From the NCBI GenBank assembly GCA_963770565.1, contig CAVYQE010000002.1:32001-96000 (forward strand): a DNA stretch of 64,000 nucleotides, given 5' to 3'. This document shows, one piece after another, positions 19,757-33,765 of this stretch (its first letter is position 1; every line of letters begins with the position of its first letter). The position numbers were made by a program, and so were the translations under genes. The stretch is from an uncultured Actinomycetota bacterium (GTDB taxonomy: Bacteria > Actinomycetota > Actinomycetes > JAFAQI01). The notes beneath the pieces are model-generated. The model did no database searches and was not told the origin of the DNA. It saw only the letters and a program-made list of their open reading frames with translations.

Positions 19757-20341
19757 ATGAGCGTGCGGCACGCGTTGCTCGCGCTGCTCAGCGAGGGCCC
19801 GAAGTACGGGCTTCAGCTGCGCCAGGAGTTCGAAGCCGGCACCGGCGAGGTCTGGCCGCTGAACGTCGGGCAGGTCTATACGACGCTCCAGCGGCTGGAG
19901 CGCGACGGCCTGGTCGAGTCCGACGACGATGGCGAGGACGGCGGTCCGCAGAAGGACTTCCGGATCACCGCAGACGGCGAAGCCGAGCTCGCCGAATGGC
20001 TGCGCACTCCCCCCGACCTGTCCTCGCCGCCCCGCGACGAGCTCGTCATCAAGGTGCTCATCGCGTTGCGCGTGCCGGGCACCGACATCGGCGAAGTGAT
20101 CCAGTCTCACCGGCGCTACCTGGTCGAGCTCATGCAGGAGTGGACCCGGCTCAAAGAACACTCCGGCGACCGCGACCTCAACTTCACCCTGGTCGTCGAC
20201 GCCGAGCTGTATCGCCTCGACTCGGCGATCCGCTGGCTCGACGCCGCGGACGGCCGGATCAAGCGAGCTGCGGACGATCCGCCGGTGCGGCCGAGCGTCG
20301 CCCTACCCAAGCTTCCGAGAAAGGCAGGAGCACCACGATGA
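19757..20341 (+). CDS. PadR family regulator (module 1)
   Basis: MSVRHALLALL...YGLQL...WPLNVGQVYTTLQRLERDG; PPRDEL. Confidence 0.93.
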   Translation: MSVRHALLALLSEGPKYGLQLRQEFEAGTGEVWPLNVGQVYTTLQRLERDGLVESDDDGEDGGPQKDFRITADGEAELAEWLRTPPDLSSPPRDELVIKVLIALRVPGTDIGEVIQSHRRYLVELMQEWTRLKEHSGDRDLNFTLVVDAELYRLDSAIRWLDAADGRIKRAADDPPVRPSVALPKLPRKAGAPR

Positions 20342-21061
20342 GCACGCTGGAGTTACGAGCGGTGTCGAAGGTGTACGGCGACGGACCGACCGAGGTCCAT
20401 GCGCTGCGTGACATCAGCCTGACCGTCGACCAGGGAGAGCTGGTCGCAGTGATGGGCCCGAGCGGCTCGGGCAAGAGCACGCTGCTGACGATCGCGGGCA
20501 GCCTCGAGGAGCCCACCACCGGCGAGGTCGTCGTCGGCGGCGCAGTGGTGTCCCGGATGTCGCGCGGCGGACCGGGCGAGACTCCGGCGCCGCTTCATCG
20601 GCTTCGTCTTCCAGGACTTCAACCTGCTCAACGGCCTCACCGCCGCGGAGAACGTCTCGCTGCCGCTGGAGCTGGACGGCATGGCGGCGAAGGCTGCCCG
20701 AGCGGTCGGCATGGCCATCCTCGACGACCTCGGGCTGTCCGCGCGTGCCGACCGGATGCCCGACGAGCTCTCCGGCGGCGAGCGCCAGCGGGTGGCGATC
20801 GCGCGAGCGATCGTCGGCGACCGCAAGCTGCTGCTGGCCGACGAGCCCTCCGGTGCGTTGGACTCCGCGAACGGCGAGGCGGTGATGCGGATGATCCGCG
20901 CGGCCTGTCGCAACGGCGTCGCGGGGATCGTCGTCACCCACGACGCGCAGCTTGCGTCCTGGGCCGACCGGGTCGTCTTCTTGCGCGACGGGGCAGTCGT
21001 CGACCAGACCACACCCCATGACGGGCCCGAGTCGCTGCTGGCCCGCGAACGCCGATCATGA
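20338..21061 (+). CDS. ABC exporter ATP-binding protein (LolD/MacB-type), +1 frameshift near 20566-20570
   Basis: Walker A GPSGSGKS is in one frame; LSGGERQR and LLADEP are in another. Removing one base restores SRADRARLRRRFIGFVFQD. Confidence 0.88.
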
Positions 21062-23619
21062 CGACCGCGCTCGCCGACCGGCCGGCCGGGAAGGCCACGA
21101 GCGACCGCAGCCCGGCCGCCCGGCGCGCGGTCAATCGGTGGGCCTGGCGGCTGTTCCGCCGGGAGTGGCGGCGCCAGGCTCTGATTCTCGGCCTGCTCGC
21201 CTTTGCGATGGCGGCCATCACGGTCGGTCTCGGGACGGCATCCAATGCGGCCGGCCTCAAGCCCGACCCGACCTTCGGTACGGCGAACACGATCTTGACC
21301 GTCACCGGGTCGGACCCGCAGCTGGCCGCGGACCTGGCCGCGATCAAGGGCGAGTTCGGCACCGTCGACGTGATCGCGCACCGGTCGATCCCGATTCCGG
21401 GCTCGATCGCCAGCATTGACCTGCGCGCCGAGAGCCCGACCGCCGCCTTCGCGGGCCCGACCCTCGCCCTCGATGCCGGCCATTACCCAACCGCACCCGG
21501 AGAGGTCGCCGTCACGAAGTCGGTCGCGACCGCGTTCGGTCTGTCGATCGGCAGCACCTGGCAGGCGGCCGGCCGCTCGTACCGCGTCGTCGGCCTGGTC
21601 GAGAACCCGCTCGACCTGCTCGACGAGTTCGCCATGGTGGCGCCGGGCCAGGCCAACCCGCCGGAATCGGTCTCGGTCCTTCTCAACGCCAGCCGGCAAC
21701 AGCTGCAGACCTTCCGGCTGTCCGGCGGACGCGGTCTGGACATCAACAGCCGATCCGCGGCCGGCCAGGCGGCGGGCGCCGCGATCGTCCTCATCCTCGG
21801 CACCCTCGGACTGCTGTTCGTCGGGTTGGTGTCGATGGCCGGCTTCACCGTCCTCGCGCAGCGCCGGTTGCGGGCGCTCGGCATGCTGGGCGCGCTCGGG
21901 GCGAGCGACCGGGACATCCGCCGGGTGATGCTCGCGAACGGGGCGGCCGTCGGCGGCACGGCAGCCGTCGTCGGCGCGGCGATCGGACTGGTCGCGTGGT
22001 TTGCCCTGACGCCCGCGCTGCAGTCGTTGACCAACCAGCGGATCGACCGGTTCGACCTGCCGTGGTGGGCGATCGCGGTCGCGATGGCGCTGGCGGTCGC
22101 GACCGCGATCGGCGCCGCGTGGTGGCCGGCCCGGGCCGCGGCCAGGATCTCGGTCGTGTCAGCGCTGTCCGGGCGCGCGTCGCGCCCGCACCCCGCACAT
22201 CGCTTCGCGGCCGGCGGCGCGGTGCTGCTCGCGGTCGGCGTCCTGCTGCTCGTGTTCGCCGACGGCCATCGCGCGCCGATGATCATCGCCGGCACTCTGG
22301 CCACGCCGATCGGCCTCGTGCTGCTCGCGCCGATCGCGCTCACGGCCGCGGGAGCGGCGGGCGGGCGCGCTCCGGTCCCGGTTCGCCTCGCGGTCCGCGA
22401 CCTGTCCCGCTTCCGCGCGCGGTCGGGGGCGGCACTCAGCGCGATCACGCTCGCGATCGGCATCGCGGCCACGATTGCGATCGCGGCGGCCGCCTCGCGA
22501 CCGCCGACCACCGCGGGGAACCTGCCGAGCAACCAGCTCGTCGTCTACCTCACGGCGGCCGGGCCGGGCGCCGGCCAGGTGGCGGCGTTGAGCCCCGCTC
22601 AGATTGCGGCCGCGACCGTGCAGGTCGATCGCTTTGCCTCGGCGATCGGGGCCGGTCGGCCACTCGCCCTCGATCAGGCCTACGACCCGAACGGCCCGCT
22701 CTCGGCGCCCCCGATTGCCCAGGGATCGGGTTCCGGCCGCAAGAGTGTCGGTCCCGGGTCCGACGGGACCGCCGCCGGGCAGGGCGGCGGATACGCGACC
22801 GCGAACCTCGCCGTCGTCACGGCCAACGGCCGAGGCATTTCGGCGTCCCAGATGACCCCGCTCTACGTCGCGACCCCCGCGGTGCTCGCGCATTACGGCC
22901 TGTCCCCGACCCTCGTGGGCTCCACCGCCGACGTACTCACCGGGCAGTCCGGTCTGCTCCACCGGCAGCTCTTCGAGCCGGACGTTCGGGCGTCGTCTTC
23001 GCGGGTGCCCGGGCTGGCGCACCCGGCGATCACCGTGGTCCACGGGCTGCCGGCGTACACCTCGGCGCCCGGGACGCTGATCACCCGGCACGCCATGAGC
23101 GCGCTCGGGCTGCGGCCCATCCCGGCCGGATGGCTGGTGCAGACCGCGCACCCGCTCACCGCGAGCCAGATCCGTACGGCGCAGCGGGCCGCCGCCGTCG
23201 GCGGGCTCTACATCGAGACGAGGAACTCCCGGCACAGCCTGTCGGCACTGCAGACCTGGTCGACGCTGGCCGGTCTGCTGCTGGCCCTCGGCGTGCTGGC
23301 CATGACGGTCGGACTGATCCGGAGCGAGACCGGGCGCGACCTGCGGACCTTGGCCGCGAACGGCGCGAGCGGCACCGCGCGCCGAAACATCACCGCCGCG
23401 ACCGCCGCCACGCTGGCCCTGCTCGGCGCGATGCTCGGCACCGCCGGCGCCTACGCCGCGCTGCTCGCGTGGTATCGCAGCAACCTCACCCCGCTCGGCC
23501 ATGTGCCGGTCCTCGACCTGGTTCTCCTGCTGGTCGGCCTACCCGTGCTCGCCGGGATCGTTGCCTGGATGGTCGCCGGCCGCGAGCCGCCCGACCTCGG
23601 TCGGGCCGCGCTGGAGTAG
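21058..23619 (+). CDS. FtsX-like ABC permease
   Basis: 853 aa with two TM clusters (LGALGAS, LAANGAS); ATGA coupling. Confidence 0.88.
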   Translation: MTTALADRPAGKATSDRSPAARRAVNRWAWRLFRREWRRQALILGLLAFAMAAITVGLGTASNAAGLKPDPTFGTANTILTVTGSDPQLAADLAAIKGEFGTVDVIAHRSIPIPGSIASIDLRAESPTAAFAGPTLALDAGHYPTAPGEVAVTKSVATAFGLSIGSTWQAAGRSYRVVGLVENPLDLLDEFAMVAPGQANPPESVSVLLNASRQQLQTFRLSGGRGLDINSRSAAGQAAGAAIVLILGTLGLLFVGLVSMAGFTVLAQRRLRALGMLGALGASDRDIRRVMLANGAAVGGTAAVVGAAIGLVAWFALTPALQSLTNQRIDRFDLPWWAIAVAMALAVATAIGAAWWPARAAARISVVSALSGRASRPHPAHRFAAGGAVLLAVGVLLLVFADGHRAPMIIAGTLATPIGLVLLAPIALTAAGAAGGRAPVPVRLAVRDLSRFRARSGAALSAITLAIGIAATIAIAAAASRPPTTAGNLPSNQLVVYLTAAGPGAGQVAALSPAQIAAATVQVDRFASAIGAGRPLALDQAYDPNGPLSAPPIAQGSGSGRKSVGPGSDGTAAGQGGGYATANLAVVTANGRGISASQMTPLYVATPAVLAHYGLSPTLVGSTADVLTGQSGLLHRQLFEPDVRASSSRVPGLAHPAITVVHGLPAYTSAPGTLITRHAMSALGLRPIPAGWLVQTAHPLTASQIRTAQRAAAVGGLYIETRNSRHSLSALQTWSTLAGLLLALGVLAMTVGLIRSETGRDLRTLAANGASGTARRNITAATAATLALLGAMLGTAGAYAALLAWYRSNLTPLGHVPVLDLVLLLVGLPVLAGIVAWMVAGREPPDLGRAALE

Positions 23620-24244
23620 CCGGTCGAGCCACCGCGGCAGCGGAGCCAGCCCGAGCACTCCGAGGGTGAAGCCCACGGTGATCCGGTTCCAGCGCCGCCA
23701 GCGGAAGACCATCGCGTGCATGTCGCCGGGCACCACGACGTAACCCGCCGTGCCGCCGGCGGCGAGGATCCGCGTCGGCGTACCGCCGGGACGCCCGCGG
23801 CGAGGTGACCACGTCGAGAGTGCCGTGCGCGATCACGACGGTCGCGGCGGCCAGCTGATCGACCGGGTCACCGTCTTCGACCCATGGGGCGAGCGCGCAG
23901 ATTCCGCGCACCGACGGGTCGTCACCGACCGCGAACGCGGTGCGGCCACCCATCGAGTGCCCGACCAGCGCGACCGGGACGTCGCCGTGGCGGCGGCGAA
24001 CCTCGTCGAGCGCCCAACGGGCGTCCGCGACCGGCGAGCGGTCTTCGCCGTTCCAGCCGCGGTACCGGTAGCGCACCAGCCACACCGCGAGACCGCGGCG
24101 GCGGCCACGCCGGTGCAGGAGCGCCGCGAACGGCCGCATCCGCGCCACCGCCAGCCGGCCCGACGCGCTCGGCTCGAAGCTGCTTGCCCGGCCACCGGGA
24201 AGCACGAGCGCGACCGCAGTGGTGGCGCCGGTCGCCGGACGCAC
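23539..24244 (-). CDS. Alpha/beta hydrolase, +1 frameshift near 23770
   Basis: GHSMGG nucleophile elbow and HGTLD; the catalytic His (GDMHAM) lies in the shifted frame 23539..23736. Confidence 0.8.
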
Positions 24245-24289
24245 GTCGACCGACGGCGCGAACGCGGTGGGTTCGGCGGCGGCCGGGCG

Positions 24290-25045
24290 TCACCGCTTGC
24301 GTTTCGCGCGCTTGCGGGCCAGCGCGGCGAGCTCGATCGGCCGGGCCTCCTCGAGCGTCGGTGCGGTGCCGCCGAGATACGCCGGCTGCCACCAGGAGTC
24401 CTCGGCCGACTGCGGCGGCGGGTAGGCGCGCTGCACCTCCTCGACGAGCTTGGTCAGCCGCTCGCGCAACAGCGCGGTGAGCTCGATCGGAGTCTCGCCG
24501 CCCGACAGCTCGATCGGCGCATCGATCTTGACCACGATCGGGATGTGTCGACGCAACCGGGGCCGGTGGCCGGTGGTCCAGATCCGTTGCCCGCCCCAGA
24601 TCGCGACCGGGATGAGCGGGACGCCGGCGTCGAGCGCCATCCGTGCCGCACCCGACTTGAAGGTGCGCGGCACGAAGGCCCGGCTGATCGTGGACTCGGG
24701 AAAGACCCCTACCAGCTCACCGTCGTGCAGCGCCTGGACGGCGACGCCGTACGCCGAGGTGCCGGCCGCGCGGTCGACCGGGATGTGATGCATCGCCCGC
24801 ATCAGCGGGCCCGACACCGGGTTGTCGAACACCGACTTCTTCGCCATGAACCGGACCAACCGGTGCTTGTCGCGGGCGGCATAGCCGACGAAGGTGAAGT
24901 CGAGGTAGCTCACGTGGTTGGACGCAAGAACCGCGCCACCCTCGTCGGGAAGGTGTTCGACTCCCTCGATCGTGAACTGGAAGTCGAGCAGCCGAAAACC
25001 ACCGATCGCGGTCCTGATCACCGCTTCATACACGCGCTCCGTCAC
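24290..25045 (-). CDS. Lysophospholipid acyltransferase (PlsC family)
   Basis: NHVSYLD and VFPESTIS motifs. Confidence 0.93.
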   Translation of the reverse strand: MTERVYEAVIRTAIGGFRLLDFQFTIEGVEHLPDEGGAVLASNHVSYLDFTFVGYAARDKHRLVRFMAKKSVFDNPVSGPLMRAMHHIPVDRAAGTSAYGVAVQALHDGELVGVFPESTISRAFVPRTFKSGAARMALDAGVPLIPVAIWGGQRIWTTGHRPRLRRHIPIVVKIDAPIELSGGETPIELTALLRERLTKLVEEVQRAYPPPQSAEDSWWQPAYLGGTAPTLEEARPIELAALARKRAKRKR

Positions 25046-25082
25046 GCCAAGATCTTCGCGTGTCGCAGCGCCGCGGTTCGAC

Positions 25083-26582
25083 TCAGGTGGCGGGTGTCGC
25101 GAACTCGGTCGCAGTCGAGGCCGGGTCGCCGGGTCGGACCCGGATCAGCACCAGCGCCGCAATCAGGCCGAAGAGCGCGAAGATCGCCCCGGCTCTGAAC
25201 GCCATGTCGGCACCGTGGGTGAAGGCGTGGTGGGCCAGCGCGCTGCCGTGCAGGACCGCGGAGTTTGCCGCGATGTCGTGCCGCGACGCGGTGCTGAACA
25301 CCGTCACCAGGGCCGACAACCCGATCGTGCCGCCGACCTGCTGGCAGACGTTGAGCATCGCCGACGCGATCCCCGAGTCCTCCGGGGCAACCCCGCCCAC
25401 CGCGGTCAACGTGATCGGTACGAAGACGAATCCCATCCCCATCGCGATCAGGGCGATCGCCGGCAGGATGTGCTCGACGTACGACGAGCCGGGGGTCAGC
25501 GAGGACAGGAACAGCAGCCCGAAGCCGGTAAGGATGGTGCCACTGACGATCAGCGTCTGCGCACCGAGCTTCGACACCAGCCGACTGGCGATCTGGGCGA
25601 CCACCACGATGACGGCGCTGACCGGCAGGAACGCGAAGCCGGCCTTCAACGGCGAGAAGCCCTCGACCTGTTGGACGTACTGCGTGAGGAAGTAGAACAT
25701 CGCGAACACGGCCGCACCCAGCACGAGCATCACGACGTAGCTGCCGACCCGGATCCGGCTGCGGAACATCCGCAGCGGCATGATCGGGTTGGCGATCCGC
25801 GCCTCGATCATGACGAACGCGGTCAGCAACACGATCGCGATCGCGAACGACAGCAGGGTCGTGGAGTTTCCCCAGCTGACCGTCGCCGCATGAATGAAGC
25901 CATAGACCAACGCGGCCATCCCGCCGGTCGAGGTCACCGCGCCTTGCACGTCGAGCACGCCGGTCTTGCGACGCGAGGTCTCCGCGATGACGTACGGCGC
26001 GGCGATCGCGAGCGCGATCCCGATCGGTGCGTTGACGAACAACACCCAACGCCACGACAGCAGATCGGTGAGGACGCCGCCGAGGATCAGCCCGATCGCC
26101 GCACCCGCACCGGAAACTGCGGCGTACACACCGAACGCCCGGTTGCGCTCGGGGCCCTCGGGGAACGTCGTCGTGACCAACGACAGCGCGGTGGGCGAGG
26201 CGATCGCGCCGCCGACTCCTTGTAACGCCCGCATCGCGAGCAGGAAGCCCTTGTCCTGCGCGAAGCCGCCCGCGAGGCTCGCCATCGCGAACAGCAGCAC
26301 GCCGATGATGAACATCCGGCGGCGGCCGAAGAGATCGCCGGTGCGACCGCCGAGCAAGAGCAGGCCGCCGAAGACAAGGGTGTAGGCGTTCAGCACCCAC
26401 GACAAACCGGTCGGCGAGAACTTCAACGCAGTGTGGATGCTCGGGAGTGCGATGTTCACGATGGTGGCGTCGAGCACGACCATGAGCTGGGCCGCGGCAA
26501 TTACCGCCAGCGCCAGGTTCGGATGCACCTTGTGAGGCACTCCGCCGCCCGCCGAAGTCTCGATGTCGGTGGTGATGGTCAC
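25083..26582 (-). CDS. DHA2/EmrB-QacA family MFS efflux transporter
   Basis: MVVLDATIVNIALP, GGRTGDLFGRR and SWRWVLFVNAP motifs. Confidence 0.93.
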   Translation of the reverse strand: MTITTDIETSAGGGVPHKVHPNLALAVIAAAQLMVVLDATIVNIALPSIHTALKFSPTGLSWVLNAYTLVFGGLLLLGGRTGDLFGRRRMFIIGVLLFAMASLAGGFAQDKGFLLAMRALQGVGGAIASPTALSLVTTTFPEGPERNRAFGVYAAVSGAGAAIGLILGGVLTDLLSWRWVLFVNAPIGIALAIAAPYVIAETSRRKTGVLDVQGAVTSTGGMAALVYGFIHAATVSWGNSTTLLSFAIAIVLLTAFVMIEARIANPIMPLRMFRSRIRVGSYVVMLVLGAAVFAMFYFLTQYVQQVEGFSPLKAGFAFLPVSAVIVVVAQIASRLVSKLGAQTLIVSGTILTGFGLLFLSSLTPGSSYVEHILPAIALIAMGMGFVFVPITLTAVGGVAPEDSGIASAMLNVCQQVGGTIGLSALVTVFSTASRHDIAANSAVLHGSALAHHAFTHGADMAFRAGAIFALFGLIAALVLIRVRPGDPASTATEFATPAT

Positions 26583-26597
26583 GACAATCCCCTTAAC

Positions 26598-26663
26598 AGT
26601 GAACGATCACGTTCCTTATTGCGGACGCTACCCAGTCTTGCTAGGAAACGCAAACGTTCACTA
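26598..26663. promoter_or_regulatory. Two TetR operator-like palindromes AACG-N4-CGTT
   Basis: AGTGAACGatcaCGTTCCTTA and TAGGAAACGcaaaCGTTCACTA between the divergent MFS and TetR genes. Confidence 0.7.
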
Positions 26664-26673
26664 TCCTGGGCTG

Positions 26674-27267
26674 GTGACGACCGCTCCGCCCGCCATCCGC
26701 CGACGAGGTGACGCGCTCGTCGACGCGATTCTCCAAGCCACGATGGCCGAGCTCGCCAGCCAAGGGTACGACGGTCTCACCATCGAAGCCGTCGCGGAGC
26801 GCGCCCAGACCGGCAAGGCGAGCATCTACCGCCGCTGGCCGAACAAGCTCGAGCTCGCGCTCGACGCGATCGAGAAGCACATGCCGTCGATCGGCAGCAC
26901 GCCCGATACCGGCAGCGTCCGCGGCGATCTGCTCGTCGTGCTGCGTCGGTTCGCGAAGCACATGAACAGCCGCGAGGGCGGGGCCATGCGAGCCTGCATG
27001 AGCGACCTCAAGTCGCACGTCGAGCTTGCGGCCGCGGTCCGCGAGCGCCTCGTCGCGCCGCGCAAGCAGGTCGTGTTCGACGTCCTGCAACGCGGCGTCG
27101 AGCGCGGCGAGGTGCGACCGGACGCGCTCACCGACCGGGTCGCGGAGCTCGGTCCGATGTTGCTCAACGCCGAACAGATGCAGCACGGCCGCCCGCTTCG
27201 CGACGGCGACATCCTCGCGATCCTCGACGACGTACTCATCCCGGTGATCAGACCAGCCGGGCGCTGA
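26674..27267 (+). CDS. TetR/AcrR family regulator
   Basis: HTH LTIEAVAERAQTGKASIYRRW; PDTGSVRGDL. Confidence 0.93.
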   Translation: MTTAPPAIRRRGDALVDAILQATMAELASQGYDGLTIEAVAERAQTGKASIYRRWPNKLELALDAIEKHMPSIGSTPDTGSVRGDLLVVLRRFAKHMNSREGGAMRACMSDLKSHVELAAAVRERLVAPRKQVVFDVLQRGVERGEVRPDALTDRVAELGPMLLNAEQMQHGRPLRDGDILAILDDVLIPVIRPAGR

Positions 27268-27272
27268 CGACG

Positions 27273-27650
27273 ATGCCGACCCTCGCCGGCAAGCTGGGCA
27301 TTCGCGGATCGACCCGCACGCTGGTCGTCGGACCCGCGCCCGATCCCGTTCTTGGGGTTCTGTTCGACCCGCATCGGCGGCCGGGCCGAGACCGGTACGA
27401 CGCGATCGTCGCATTCTGCCCCGATCGGCGCGCGCTCGATCGGCACGCGGCATCCCTGCCCGAGCGGCTGACCGTCGCCGGTGGACTCTGGCTGCTCTGG
27501 CCGAAGCGAGCCAGCGGAGTGCCGACTGACATCGGCGAAGCGGACGTCCGCGCGACCGGGTTGGCGACCGGCTTGGTCGACGTCAAGATCGCGGCGATCG
27601 ACGACACCTGGTCGGGCCTGCGGTTCGTCCGGCGGCTCGCCGACCGCTAG
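27273..27650 (+). CDS. DUF3052-like protein
   Basis: LAGKLGI, WLLWPKRASGV and GLVDVKIAAIDDTWSGLRF motifs. Confidence 0.8.
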   Translation: MPTLAGKLGIRGSTRTLVVGPAPDPVLGVLFDPHRRPGRDRYDAIVAFCPDRRALDRHAASLPERLTVAGGLWLLWPKRASGVPTDIGEADVRATGLATGLVDVKIAAIDDTWSGLRFVRRLADR

Positions 27651-28240
27651 GCCCTGACGAAGGCGAGCGAGCGCCGACCCTGATCGGCCGCCACCACCGC
27701 AATGACCAGGGCCGCCGTCGCATCTGCCCACCACCAGCCGAAGGCGCGATCGAGCCCGAGGCCGAGCAGGGTGAACGCAGCGGTCGAGGTGCCCACCATC
27801 GTGATGTGCGCGTCGGATCTAAGCGCCCGGCTTCCGATCAGGGCCGCGACGGCGTACTTCCACCGGCCGAGCAACGGCAGCACGACCAGGTTGGCCGCAG
27901 CGAGCACGAGCCCGACCACGGGTGCACTCGGGTGACGATGTGCGACCAGGTGCTGCACGCCGGTCGCAGCCAGCACGATCCCGATCAATAGCAGGCCGAG
28001 GGCAGCAACCACCTGGGCCCGGCGCTCTGCCGACTCGGGGAACGCGGCCGAGTCCCGCTCCCGGCGGAACCGCCAGATCAACACCGCGGAGGACACCACG
28101 TCGACCAGCACACTCCCACCGAGGCCCCCGAGCGAGAGGCTGCCGGCAAGCAGGCCGACCACCAGCGAAGCGATCCCCGACCCGACGCTCCAGGACACCG
28201 TCACCCACGATGCCCGCAGCGCCGCTCGCACCGGATCCAC
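27647..28240 (-). CDS. Cation efflux (CDF)-like membrane protein
   Basis: SVLVDVVSSAVLIWRF, SRALRSDA and GWWWADA motifs. Confidence 0.8.
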   Translation of the reverse strand: MDPVRAALRASWVTVSWSVGSGIASLVVGLLAGSLSLGGLGGSVLVDVVSSAVLIWRFRRERDSAAFPESAERRAQVVAALGLLLIGIVLAATGVQHLVAHRHPSAPVVGLVLAAANLVVLPLLGRWKYAVAALIGSRALRSDAHITMVGTSTAAFTLLGLGLDRAFGWWWADATAALVIAVVAADQGRRSLAFVRA

Positions 28241-28310
28241 CGGGCAGAGATTATTGCCACAGCCGGGCAACCTTTTGCTCCGCCGCTGGGTGTATCGATC
28301 GTGAGGGTGC

Positions 28311-28808
28311 ATGGATCAGCAGCTCGCTGACTACGTGAGCGCCCGCTGGCCGGCGCTGGTCCGCTACGCGACCGTCGTCTGCGGCGACGCCGCGGAGGGC
28401 GAAGAGCTGGCCCAGGCGGCGTTGGTGCGGGTCGCATCGCGCTGGCGGGCGCTACGCGACCGCCACGACATCGACGCGTACGTCCGGACCGCGATCGTTA
28501 ACGGTCACCTCAACAAACGCCAGCGGCTCTGGCGCCGCGAGGAACGGGTCGGCTCGACGCCACATGTTGTCGTCGCTGACGCCAGCGACCGGGTCAGCCG
28601 CGGTGTCGACATCCGTCGCGCCCTCGCCGCGCTGCCACCACGGCAGCGGGCCGTCCTGGCTCTGCGCTATCTCGACGATCAGTCCGAGGCCCAGACCGCG
28701 GCGATCCTCGGCTGCTCGGTCGGCACGGTCAAGAGCCAGGCCAGCAAGGCGCTGGCGACGTTGCGCGAGTCCTTCCCCGAGCTGACCGACCAGGAGGTCC
28801 CGGTATGA
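28311..28808 (+). CDS. ECF sigma factor, SigE-like family
   Basis: Region 4 LPPRQRAVLALRYLDDQSEAQTAAILGCSVGTVKSQ. Confidence 0.92.
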   Translation: MDQQLADYVSARWPALVRYATVVCGDAAEGEELAQAALVRVASRWRALRDRHDIDAYVRTAIVNGHLNKRQRLWRREERVGSTPHVVVADASDRVSRGVDIRRALAALPPRQRAVLALRYLDDQSEAQTAAILGCSVGTVKSQASKALATLRESFPELTDQEVPV

Positions 28809-29944
28809 CCGACATCCGCGAACTACTCCGCGAAGCGACCGCAGACCTCGGCATCGACGGCGACCCGGTCGCCCGGGTCAGCCGCGCGACCACCCGCCAC
28901 CGGCAGCGAACCGGCTTCGGTGCGGTCGTCGCAGTTGCGGTAGCGGTCGCGGCGATCGTCACACCCCTGTCGATCGCCCGCGGCCACGGACCGCAGGTCT
29001 CGACGCCGACGCACAAGCCGCCGGCCACCCCGGGCATCCAGCACTGGTCGAAGGACGACGCGGTCGCCGCGGACGGCTTCGGCGCCGTGTGGGGCCTCGA
29101 CGTCCACACCGCGACGGTCGACGTACTCGACCCCAACACCGGGCACCGCCTGGCGCAGATCTCAGTACCGGCACCGGCCAGCCAGATCGCGGCCGGCTCC
29201 GGTCACGTCTGGGTCATCGGTGCCAGTTCGGCGAGCGGCGGGACAGTGCAGGTGTCCGCGATCGACCCCACGACCCACGACGTCACGACACGGACCGTCT
29301 CCCCCACCACCGGCAGGCCGTTCGCGGTCGCCTTCGCGGCCCAGTCGGCCTGGGTCACCGTCCCGAACCGCAACACGGTCTGGCGGTTCCGCGTCACACC
29401 GAGCAGCACCGCGAGTAACTCCGCCCAGCCCGTCCTCACGATGACCGGCGTACGGGTGGTCGGCCGGCCGACCACGATCGCGGCGACCGGTAACGGGGTC
29501 CTCTGGGTCCAGCAGGCGGCAGTGAAGAAGCTCAGCCGGATCGACCCCGCCGGCGGCGGGGCAGTGGGCAAGACGGTCTCGTGGCCGGGCAAGGTGTTCG
29601 CCGCGGCCGGCCACACCACGTTGTGGGCGACGTTCAGGTCGCACACGATCCTTCAGCTCACGCCGCAGTTCCTTTCCAGCTGCAGCGCCTGTGCAGAGGT
29701 CGACAACATACTGATCAAGGGCAGGTTCACCGGCGCCATCGCGACGGCTCGCGGGCTGTTCGCGACCGTGGTCGGTCCGCCAGGCACACCCGTGACCGAC
29801 TTCTGGAGCAACAAAGCCCTCAGCAAGAGCAGCGAGAAGCCCACCGCGCACGTGCCCTTCGTCGGCTCGCTGGCCGCCGACGGCCACGGCGTCGTGATCG
29901 GGGCGGGCAAAGACGGACTGATTCACTGGGTCCCGGCCAAGTGA
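28805..29944 (+). CDS. Membrane-anchored protein with YVTN-like beta-propeller, probable anti-sigma partner
   Basis: Coupled to the sigma gene; short cytoplasmic N-terminus, one TM helix, repeated W-V strands. Confidence 0.65.
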   Translation: MTDIRELLREATADLGIDGDPVARVSRATTRHRQRTGFGAVVAVAVAVAAIVTPLSIARGHGPQVSTPTHKPPATPGIQHWSKDDAVAADGFGAVWGLDVHTATVDVLDPNTGHRLAQISVPAPASQIAAGSGHVWVIGASSASGGTVQVSAIDPTTHDVTTRTVSPTTGRPFAVAFAAQSAWVTVPNRNTVWRFRVTPSSTASNSAQPVLTMTGVRVVGRPTTIAATGNGVLWVQQAAVKKLSRIDPAGGGAVGKTVSWPGKVFAAAGHTTLWATFRSHTILQLTPQFLSSCSACAEVDNILIKGRFTGAIATARGLFATVVGPPGTPVTDFWSNKALSKSSEKPTAHVPFVGSLAADGHGVVIGAGKDGLIHWVPAK

Positions 29945-29949
29945 GCTGA

Positions 29950-30045
29950 CCCGCTTCAGCACACAACGGTCCGCCAATCGGATCGGTATGCGGTCCGATG
30001 TCTGATTGACGGCGCCGATTGGCGACCGCTGTGTGCTGAAGCGGG
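29950..30045. repeat. 96-bp intergenic hairpin element
   Basis: CCCGCTTCAGCACACA pairs perfectly with TGTGTGCTGAAGCGGG; the stem extends through CGGTC/GACCG and GCCAATCGG/CCGATTGGC. Confidence 0.8.
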
Positions 30046-30117
30046 GGTGGGCGGCTCGGGCGTAGCCTGGACCGGCCATCAAATCGATCACCCCGCTTGA
30101 AAGAGGCGACCCTCGCC

Positions 30118-33742
<3,625 letters not shown>

Positions 33743-33765
33743 CCGGAACCGATCGAAGCCAACCG

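Noticed and set aside
20555-20580. Programmed frameshifting in the ABC ATPase, kgd or pilT
   Set aside because: No slippery sequences. Uniform +1 insertions in unrelated genes point to sequencing error.
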